Assembly: GCA_031292215.1 (NCBI GenBank)
Contig: JARLHO010000148.1
Span: 1 to 32,000 of the forward strand
Reading direction: 5' to 3'
DNA: 32,000 nt
Source: Syntrophobacteraceae bacterium
GTDB lineage: Bacteria; Desulfobacterota; Syntrophobacteria; Syntrophobacterales; Syntrophobacteraceae
The first letter of the stretch is position 1, and each line of letters opens with the position of its first letter. Below, piece after piece: positions 25,214 through 32,000 of this stretch. The translations under genes and the position numbers were made by a program. Under the pieces are notes generated by a model. That model searched no databases, was not told the DNA's origin, and worked only from the letters and a program-made list of their open reading frames with translations.

Positions 25214-26473
25214 ATGATTTCTAAATGGTTTGATGAACGGCTGGAGCTGAAAAAATTCAAGGAAAAATTCCTGACCAAAGCCTTTCCGACGCACCCGACG
25301 TTTCTTTTCGGAGAGATAGCGCTTTTTTCCTTTATAACGCTCGTGATCACCGGGATTTTTCTTGGCTTTCTCTACGAACCTTCGATCGATAAGGTGTCGC
25401 TTTTCGGCGCCATGGTTCCGGCCGCCTATGCGAGCGTGGTCAGGATCGACCTTTTGCCGCTGGGCATGATCATCCGGCGCATCCATCACTGGTCGGCCAT
25501 GATCATGATCGCCGCAATTGTGACCCATCTTGGGCGAATTTATTTCACATCGGCATACCGCAAGCCGCGGGAAATCAATTGGCTGATAGGCCTCGCCCTG
25601 CTCGCGGTAACCCTCGGGGCGGCCCTTACCGGCTATCTTCTGCCCTACAGCCAATTTTCGGTAACCGCCACCTCCATCGCCTACTATATTTCGAAGTCGG
25701 TCCCATGGATCGGGGGGTGGCTATCACGGCTTCTTTTCGCCGGGGAATTCCCGGCCGCAGGGACTGTCCCAAGGTTTTTCTTCCTGCACGTTATGCTGGT
25801 TCCCCTCGCGCTCCTGGGGCTGATCGGGCTGCACCTGCTGGTCCTGGTAAAGCACAAGCACACCGAACCTGCCGCCAACAGGAAACGGACAGACGCCCGG
25901 GGGGGGCGCAGGCTGATCGGGATCCCGGTCTGGCCGGAACAGAGCTTCATTAGCGTTTCACTCTTTTTTTTCCTGCTGTCCGTGGTGGTCCTTATGGCCA
26001 CCTATATCCCGTTAAACCCTATCGAAGCGTACGGCCCGCCTTCGCCGGCGACTCCGGTCATGCGGCCCGACTGGTATTTTCTCCCCATATACGGTTTTCT
26101 GAAGTTGATTCCAGGCAACCTCTCATTTTCCATCGCCGGGGGGAAATTCACCCCGGAGGCAATCGGCGGGGTCCTTTTCCCCGGCCTGCTGGCTCTGATC
26201 CTGGTTGCGATTCCGTTTCTCGACCGGGTGAGCACGCCGCGCAACTATATTGAAAATCCCCTCCACCGCCCTGTCATGACGTCTTTGGGCATTGCCGGCG
26301 GAGCATTTCTTTTCATGACGACCCTATCCGGATACATCGATGTTCTCCACATCGCCCCCTCGTCGATGGCGATATACGTCCTGGTTGTGACGGCTGCGGC
26401 CTGGGGGATCTCCTACCTGCTGCTGCGTCTTTACTGTCGAGCAGGAAAGAAAGGCGACCATGTCAAGACTTGA
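25214..26473 (+). CDS. Cytochrome b (fused b6 + subunit-IV-like, ~419 aa)
   Basis: His pairs in RRIHHWSAMIMIAAIVTHLGRIY and FFFLHVMLVPLALLGLIGLHLL. Qo-site motif PDWYFLPIYGFLK. GGAGGA lies 7 nt before ATG 25214. Confidence 0.9.
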   Translation: MISKWFDERLELKKFKEKFLTKAFPTHPTFLFGEIALFSFITLVITGIFLGFLYEPSIDKVSLFGAMVPAAYASVVRIDLLPLGMIIRRIHHWSAMIMIAAIVTHLGRIYFTSAYRKPREINWLIGLALLAVTLGAALTGYLLPYSQFSVTATSIAYYISKSVPWIGGWLSRLLFAGEFPAAGTVPRFFFLHVMLVPLALLGLIGLHLLVLVKHKHTEPAANRKRTDARGGRRLIGIPVWPEQSFISVSLFFFLLSVVVLMATYIPLNPIEAYGPPSPATPVMRPDWYFLPIYGFLKLIPGNLSFSIAGGKFTPEAIGGVLFPGLLALILVAIPFLDRVSTPRNYIENPLHRPVMTSLGIAGGAFLFMTTLSGYIDVLHIAPSSMAIYVLVVTAAAWGISYLLLRLYCRAGKKGDHVKT

Positions 26474-27215
26474 GCAGGTCCTGGGCTGCTTTATCGTGTT
26501 GTGCGGGGCGTTGCTTTTCGCTCACTCCGCCATGTCCGCCTCCAATCCGGCGCAGCGAAATTCCTGCGTCCAATGCCATTCCAAACTTCCAGCGAGCAGT
26601 TTTTACGGTGTTAAATCACACAGTTGGACAGGTTCGGTCCATCAGATGCACGGCGTAACGTGCGACAAGTGCCACGGAGGTAATCCCGCGGCCGCCCAAG
26701 AAAACCAGGCACATATCGGCATGCTTGGCTCCAGCGATCCGCACAGCACGATCTATTTCAAAAACATCCCCGCGACCTGCGGCAAATGCCACGGGGCCGA
26801 ATTCTACAAATTCACCCAGAGTGTCCATTACCAAATGCTCGAATCGACGGGCAAGGGTCCCGAATGCGTCACCTGTCACGGTTCCATGGTGACCAAGGTT
26901 TTGAGGCCCGATGACATGGTCGCCGTGTGCGCAAGGTGCCACAATGAAAGAATGGCCATTGCGCCATATGTGCCGCAGAAGGCCAAAGCGGTCCTGTTGC
27001 TGCTTGGGGAGAGCAAGGCCCTGCTGGCCGACCAGGAGCGTCTCCATCCCGCTCCGAGGAGCGCCGGGACGGCCCAGTCCCTGGACGAGGCAGGGATAGC
27101 GCTGCACAATGCCAAACTGGACTGGCACAAATTCGACCTGGACGCCATTACAAAGTACCTGCTGGAATTTTATGACACCGTCGAAAAATTGCCCCGGGCC
27201 CCTGCCAGCCATTAA
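26460..27215 (+). CDS. Pentahaem c-type cytochrome (paralogue of 23594-24331, no C-terminal anchor)
   Basis: CVQCH, CDKCH, CGKCH, CVTCH, CARCH. It shares GS(I/V)Hxx HG(I/V)TCD(R/K)CHGGN and the motif order with the first pentahaem. It overlaps the cytochrome b end by 14 nt. Confidence 0.85.
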   Translation: MSRLEQVLGCFIVLCGALLFAHSAMSASNPAQRNSCVQCHSKLPASSFYGVKSHSWTGSVHQMHGVTCDKCHGGNPAAAQENQAHIGMLGSSDPHSTIYFKNIPATCGKCHGAEFYKFTQSVHYQMLESTGKGPECVTCHGSMVTKVLRPDDMVAVCARCHNERMAIAPYVPQKAKAVLLLLGESKALLADQERLHPAPRSAGTAQSLDEAGIALHNAKLDWHKFDLDAITKYLLEFYDTVEKLPRAPASH

Positions 27216-27240
27216 TTTACCAGTTCTCCGATCCATGACT

Positions 27241-27275
27241 GGGGCGGCGTGCCTCGCGGCATTCCGCCCCTTATT
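27241..27275 (+). terminator. Probable terminator of the cytochrome cluster
   Basis: ggggcggcgtgcc-tcgc-ggcattccgcccc (7+4 bp stem with a 2-nt internal mismatch) followed by ttatt. It starts 26 nt after the stop. Confidence 0.4.
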
Positions 27276-27882
27276 CCGGCTGCCATCATCCGCCCTTACC
27301 ATCTCCCGCAGGATCGCAAACCGCTAATGCCTCCTCACTGCGTTTCATCCATCCGGCCTTCCAGCCGGATGTGGTGAACCGAAGGATTAGTGGAGCGAAG
27401 CGCAACCCATCAGCTCAATCTCGAATGCAAATTTGTTTCACACCGACGAGTAGGCTTTTGACAACAATCGATAAGATGTAAAAGTTTTGTTTTCAATCTA
27501 TCGGATATTTCCCCGAACCGACATACTTTCACGGTATTACACCGAATTTCCGGTGTGACCTAATGCCCTCCCTTTGGCGATTTGTACCGATTCTTATCCG
27601 GGATGCCGATAATCGCGCCTTCCGGGACCGCCGGACTCAGTGCGCAGAGGCCCGATTTGAAAACATTGCGGTGTCACGAAAAGGAGCGGGTGCCCCTCGC
27701 AAGCCGCAGAAACGGGAGCGTCTGCCGATGGGGAAGCGGAAAAGGGACAAGTGAACATCTTGCCTTTTGTTACCAACGTGTAATGTGAGTGCAATGATCT
27801 TGTAATGCTCCGGTCATTCCGAGGCAATGTTCCAGGCGCGAGAATGCGACACCGCAGGAGAGCTCGTTTGGAAAGTATTCAA

Positions 27883-27917
27883 GCATCCGCTCATTTCCGA
27901 CCGGATGCCTTATTTAT
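27883..27917 (+). promoter_or_regulatory. Terminator-like hairpin in the leader just upstream of the TauE-family gene's SD
   Basis: gcatccg (27883-27889) / cggatgc (27902-27908) followed by cttatttat. The SD GGAGAG and ATG 27934 follow directly. An alternative pairing ggaaa(27871-27875)/tttcc(27894-27898) overlaps the stem. Confidence 0.4.
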
Positions 27918-27933
27918 GATGGAGAGAGTCGCG

Positions 27934-28791
27934 ATGTTCCATTCAATTTGGCTTGCCTACACGGGACTGGCGTTAATAGGGTTCACCATAGGCGGCTACG
28001 GCACGTTGGTAGGCGCCGGCGGCGGTTTTTTGCTCATGCCGGTGCTGATGTTTATCTACCCGCACATGCCCCCGAGCGAACTAGCCGGTGTTTCCTTGGC
28101 CTGTATCCTCGTAAATACGCTTTCCGGAGGGATTGCCTTTGCCAAACAGGGCCGCATCGACTACAGATCCGCTCTTCTCTTTGCGATCACGATCATTCCC
28201 GGGTCACTTTTGGGTGCAATGGCCACCAAGTATGTTCCACGCGCCGATTTCGAAGGCGTTTTCGCCGTTTTTCTGATCGCTCTGTCGGCCTTCATGTTCC
28301 TGAAAAAAACCGAATCGGGCAAAATAAAACCTGCTGAACACCGGTTGAATCAAAAATCTTCCCGCTTTCGCAAACCGACCACGATGGCTGTGAACGGCAT
28401 TGTTTTCGAATACGAGTACAATAGCCTCTGGGGCATGATTATCTTCCTGTTTCTGGGCTTTATCGTGAGCTTTCTGGGCATCGGGGGCGGTGCGCTGATC
28501 GTGCCGACATTGATCTACCTGATGAATTTTCCGGTCTTTATCGCTGCGGGCACCAGCACGCTCATTATTGCCATCGTCTGCTTCACCAGCACTTCGATGC
28601 ACGTTGCGCTGGGCACCTTCGATTGGTGGTCACTGATACACATTACGGCTGTAGGCGGTGGAATGCTTTTCGGGGCGCAGATCGGGGCCCATTTGTCCTC
28701 CAAGGTCAAGGGGGAGTGGATCATTAGGGCCCTTGCCGCGGCATTGGGGGCGGCCGGAGTAAAGATGATCCTGACTGTCTTGGCTCTCTAG
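27934..28791 (+). CDS. TauE/SafE family sulfite/anion exporter-like permease
   Basis: 285 aa from ATG 27934, polytopic. GTLVGAGGGFLLMPVLMF and a second-half repeat LGIGGGALIVPTLIYLM are typical of TauE/SafE (DUF81). Confidence 0.85.
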   Translation: MFHSIWLAYTGLALIGFTIGGYGTLVGAGGGFLLMPVLMFIYPHMPPSELAGVSLACILVNTLSGGIAFAKQGRIDYRSALLFAITIIPGSLLGAMATKYVPRADFEGVFAVFLIALSAFMFLKKTESGKIKPAEHRLNQKSSRFRKPTTMAVNGIVFEYEYNSLWGMIIFLFLGFIVSFLGIGGGALIVPTLIYLMNFPVFIAAGTSTLIIAIVCFTSTSMHVALGTFDWWSLIHITAVGGGMLFGAQIGAHLSSKVKGEWIIRALAAALGAAGVKMILTVLAL

Positions 28792-28826
28792 CTGTGCGCT
28801 AAACAAAAGAAAGAGGTAGACGCCAA

Positions 28827-29624
28827 ATGGCTGTAATCACGATTTCGAGAGGCTCCTACAGCCACGGAAGGGAAGTGGCCGAGAAGGTGTGCGCGAGACT
28901 CGGTTATCATTGCGTGTCCCGGGAGATAATTCTCAAAGCTTCCGAACATTTCAACACTCCCGAAATAGAGCTTACCCGGGCGGTCCACGACGCCCCTTCC
29001 ATCCTCGAGCGTTTCACTTACGGCAAGGAAAGATACGTGGCTTATTTCCGTGAGGCTCTACTCCATCACCTCATAGAGGACAATGTCATCTATCACGGCC
29101 TTTCGGGCCAGTTTTTTGTCAAAGGGGTCTCGCATGCGCTACGAGTCAGGATCATCGCCGATATCAAGGACCGGCTGGCCTTGGAGATGCAGCACGGGGG
29201 GGGAGGATCGGAAGCCGATAATTTGAAGCTGCTCATAAAAGATGACGAACAACGCCGCCGATGGAGCCACTATCTCTACGGCATAGATACCCGGGATCCC
29301 AGCCTGTACGACCTGGTGATCCATGTCGGCAGGGTCAGCACCGATGACGCGGTGGAGATCGTCGCCGATGCCGTTTCCAAGTCATGCTTTCAAACGACTG
29401 CCGAGTCGCAAAAGGCCATGGAGCTACTATTTAAGGCTGCCCAGGTCCAGGCGGCCCTGGTGAAAGATATTCCCTCCGCCAAGGTTGAAGTCGAAAACGG
29501 CGAGATTGTCGTCTCCGACATGGGGGGGTTCATGGCGGATGACAAGAAACTAACCGCCAGGATCGAAGAGATTGTCGATGAGAAACGAGACCTCAAAGTC
29601 AAGGTGAGACTGAGGAGCCGATAA
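28827..29624 (+). CDS. Cytidylate-kinase-like family protein (degenerate P-loop)
   Basis: 265 aa. It begins MAVITISRGSYSHGREVAEKVCARLGYHCVSREI, as in the Cytidylate_kin2-type family, but GSYSHG replaces the usual GSGG P-loop. Confidence 0.65.
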   Translation: MAVITISRGSYSHGREVAEKVCARLGYHCVSREIILKASEHFNTPEIELTRAVHDAPSILERFTYGKERYVAYFREALLHHLIEDNVIYHGLSGQFFVKGVSHALRVRIIADIKDRLALEMQHGGGGSEADNLKLLIKDDEQRRRWSHYLYGIDTRDPSLYDLVIHVGRVSTDDAVEIVADAVSKSCFQTTAESQKAMELLFKAAQVQAALVKDIPSAKVEVENGEIVVSDMGGFMADDKKLTARIEEIVDEKRDLKVKVRLRSR

Positions 29625-29755
29625 TTTGTCTTATGGGTCGCGCTTTGAGACTGTATCGCAACTGGGCGCCCGGGTAGAGACAAAGGACAAAAGCGCGGGG
29701 AGCTATGCCCCCCCTCGCACCCCCACGGATTTTGGACCGTCCTTGGTAACGACCA

Positions 29756-30283
29756 TCAAGAAGGCTTCGCGGCTAATTGGAGATTGTTAAGATTTGCCCC
29801 TTCAAGCCGCAAAAGCTCGGCTTTTCTGTCCAGCCCCCCCGCGTAGCCCCTAAGAGCCCCGTTAGACGCGATAACTCTATGGCAGGGAATCAGAATGGAG
29901 ATCGGATTGCGCGCCACGGCCCCCCCCACGGCCCGGGCCGACATCGCGGTAAGCTCCAGGGACTTTGCGGTCTCTTTTGCAATTTGTCCGTAGGTTTTAA
30001 CCTGCCCCCTCGGGATTTGTAAAAGAATGTCCCACACAGCTCTTCTAAAAGCCGATCCGGGAGGCTTTAGCTCCATTTCGAACCGATCGGTCCCACCTGC
30101 GAAATAAGTTTGCAGATAACCGCGCAACGCCTCGAAAACCGCACAGGCGCCATCACTTTTCCAGTGCGCCGTCCGGGTCGGATAATGTTTTTGGCCGATA
30201 AACCACAGGCCGACCAGAGCATCCCCTTCGGCTGCGGCGGTCATGGCCCCAAGCGGGGTAGAAATGGTGCAAGTGTAGCTCAT
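29756..30283 (-). CDS. ogt: Methylated-DNA-protein-cysteine methyltransferase
   Basis: 175 aa with the active site IPCHRVI and GYAGGLDRKAELLRLEG. The ATG overlaps the upstream stop (ATGA). Confidence 0.9.
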   Translation of the reverse strand: MSYTCTISTPLGAMTAAAEGDALVGLWFIGQKHYPTRTAHWKSDGACAVFEALRGYLQTYFAGGTDRFEMELKPPGSAFRRAVWDILLQIPRGQVKTYGQIAKETAKSLELTAMSARAVGGAVARNPISILIPCHRVIASNGALRGYAGGLDRKAELLRLEGANLNNLQLAAKPS

Positions 30284-31803
30284 TGGGTGCTGGACCTCTT
30301 TTTATCGTCTTTTGATTCCTTTGCGAGGAAATTCCACAAAAGGACTGTGGCATACGAACGCCAGGGACTCCATTTTTTCGACAACTCCAGTATCTCACCG
30401 CAAGACCGCTCCGCCAACGCCTTCCTTACGCCAAAATCTGTGTGCGGGAAGGCATCCGGCCAGCCGAGCGCTCGCAAGGCAATGTAGTGGACTGTCCAGG
30501 GGCCAAATCCGCGCAGCCGGCCAAGACTATCCATCGTCTCCTCGGGATTGGCGCCGTGGGAAAGCGTGATGGCGCCGGCTGTCAAAGCTTGCGCCAGCCC
30601 AAAAATAGAGCGGGCTTTACCGCCGTTTATGCCGACCGGCCCCAGGTGGTTTTCAATGGGACCGGCAAGAGCCAGGATTCTTTCGGGGCCAAAGAACGCA
30701 TATCGGAGCTCTTCGAAAGGAGTATCCACCTTGTCCCCGAGAAGATGGGCCAGGCGCATGGAAAGTGTAGTGGCCGCCTTAACGGTTATCTGCTGGCCAA
30801 GGATCGCGCGCACCGATATCTCGAAAGGATCAAAACATCCCGGCGCCCGAATCCCCGCCACATACACACCCGGCAGGAGCTCGTCCATCCCCGCCAGTTT
30901 CTCCCGTACTTTTTCGGGATCGCAGTTGAGGTCGAAAAGAACACGTACCCTGGTCAACACCTGCGATAAAACCGGCAAAAGCGAAGTGGCAAGAGTAACA
31001 CAGAGTCCGCTCCGCTCCGGCCGGTCGGCCACCGAAATCCATCCCCGGTAAACCGTCTCGCCTTTTTTCAAGGCAACCGCGCGGCGATAGACACCCCCGC
31101 ACACGCTCTCGACTCCGGGAAGCGCGCGCGCGCAAAGAAACGAAATAATGCTCCCCCAAGCATACGGCGGTCGATAGCTCAAAGACAACGTGACGGCGTC
31201 ACAATTTTGCACGGAGCCTCCAATTTGCTTTCGCATTTTGCTCGGCGCAAGATGGTAGCGGGTCCAAAACAAGTGATTAAAACGTCTGATGCTGCCAAAA
31301 CCCGCAGCCATCGCCACATCGGTTACACTGAGCCGGGTGTCGGAAAGCAGATTTTTAGCCAGGAGCAATCGATATGTCTGAAGATAGCGAACGGGTGGAA
31401 CCCCGAATTGAGCCTGAAAGACACGGCGCAGATGGCGCTCGGAGATCCCGACCCTTGCAGCCAGATCTTTTAGGCTTCGGGAACCCATCCCGCCTTCTTC
31501 AACTTGCCAGGCGACGCTTCCTGCAAGGCGCGTCATCGCATCAACCGGGGCCAACCCCGGCGCCGGCTCGGGGCGGCAGCGCAGACATGGCCTGTACCCG
31601 GCGGCCTCGGCTGCCGCCGCGCTGACAAAAAAGGTGCAATTTTCCTCTCTTGGGACCCTCACCCGACAAATGGGGCGGCAGTATATTCCGGTAGAAGAGA
31701 CCCCGCAGAAAAAACGGCCGTCAAATCGGGCATCATGAGCCCTCATGGCTGCGTAGCACGCCTTGGGATCCAAAAACGGGCCCGAAATTTTTGTTTCTTT
31801 CAT
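30280..31803 (-). CDS. Ada-type Zn methylphosphotriester sensor + AraC HTH + AlkA-type DNA-3-methyladenine glycosylase II fusion
   Basis: The N-terminus FFCGVSSTGIYCRPICRVRVPREENCTFF...YRPCLRCRP is the Ada Cys4 site. An AraC HTH follows (LAARVGISERHLRRVFQ...). The C-terminal HhH-GPD region is LRGFGPWTVHYIALRALGWPDAFPHTDFGV. Start ATG 31803 (GGAG + 6 nt). Confidence 0.85.
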   Translation of the reverse strand: MKETKISGPFLDPKACYAAMRAHDARFDGRFFCGVSSTGIYCRPICRVRVPREENCTFFVSAAAAEAAGYRPCLRCRPEPAPGLAPVDAMTRLAGSVAWQVEEGGMGSRSLKDLAARVGISERHLRRVFQAQFGVPPVRYLQTYRLLLAKNLLSDTRLSVTDVAMAAGFGSIRRFNHLFWTRYHLAPSKMRKQIGGSVQNCDAVTLSLSYRPPYAWGSIISFLCARALPGVESVCGGVYRRAVALKKGETVYRGWISVADRPERSGLCVTLATSLLPVLSQVLTRVRVLFDLNCDPEKVREKLAGMDELLPGVYVAGIRAPGCFDPFEISVRAILGQQITVKAATTLSMRLAHLLGDKVDTPFEELRYAFFGPERILALAGPIENHLGPVGINGGKARSIFGLAQALTAGAITLSHGANPEETMDSLGRLRGFGPWTVHYIALRALGWPDAFPHTDFGVRKALAERSCGEILELSKKWSPWRSYATVLLWNFLAKESKDDKKRSSTQ

Positions 31804-32000
31804 TCTTATCTCCACGCTGACTTAGTAAGTATATCAACGGGCTATAGAAATACTGGTCGTTTTCGGACGGCAAAACGATTTTTATCTCGGCCGGCCACTC
31901 GCCAGTGGAATACAACCGCTGTATTGCATTAAAGATTAATGCGACGGGTTCGGCTTCGCTCCACCAAGCCCGCGCGCACCGCAGCCTGGAGCCGGTGCAG

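Noticed and set aside
25046-25654. 202-aa minus-strand ORF opposite Rieske and cytochrome b
   Set aside because: Same reasoning: a basic, low-complexity antisense frame.
27563-27754. 63-aa ORF in the TauE leader
   Set aside because: It has an Arg/Lys-rich tail (RKPQKRERLPMGKRKRDK), no SD, and overlaps a competing ORF in another frame.
31925-31965. tRNA-like fragment (gcatt-aaagatt-aatgc followed by gggttcgg...ctccacca)
   Set aside because: The loop lacks U33. There is no complementary T-stem (no aaccc partner), acceptor stem or D-arm.

Overview
This looks like a chromosomal window from an anaerobic, flagellated, Deltaproteobacteria-like (Desulfobacterota/Thermodesulfobacteriota-type) bacterium. 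That placement is inferred from gene content only; all homology calls come from motif recognition, since no search was run.

Gene order, left to right:
- the tail of an IS110-type transposase
- queH plus a DUF1285 gene
- a GGDEF cyclase coupled to a small Cys protein, divergent from a flgM operon
- a flavodoxin/ferredoxin fusion
- a GT-B-like protein
- a three-gene MksF-MksE-MksB condensin operon with no MksG/JetD
- a repeat-filled gap and a 90-aa triple-repeat Cys protein
- tex
- an operon of a haem-motif sensor kinase, a sigma-54 activator and an archaemetzincin
- a 1.4 kb region with no credible gene
- a seven-gene cytochrome cluster: monohaem c, cytochrome-porin fusion, TM-anchored pentahaem, 2-TM small protein, Rieske, cytochrome b, second pentahaem
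- a TauE/SafE permease behind a long leader
- a cytidylate-kinase-like protein
- an overlapping ada/alkA-ogt repair operon

No rRNA, tRNA or CRISPR array was seen.

Most worth a second look:
1. The cytochrome cluster links a Cyc2-like outer-membrane cytochrome-porin to a Rieske/cytochrome b complex that has pentahaem partners.
2. The 1.4 kb gene-free region just upstream holds two arrays of helically phased AAC(A/G)GCA repeats, strong SD+ATG sites, a G11 tract that separates an ATG from a 66-codon open frame, and a pair of long direct repeats.
3. Two unrelated families of dispersed hairpin repeats are present: GTGAA-heptad hairpins and GC-rich 'ggggggcgatcg' palindromes.
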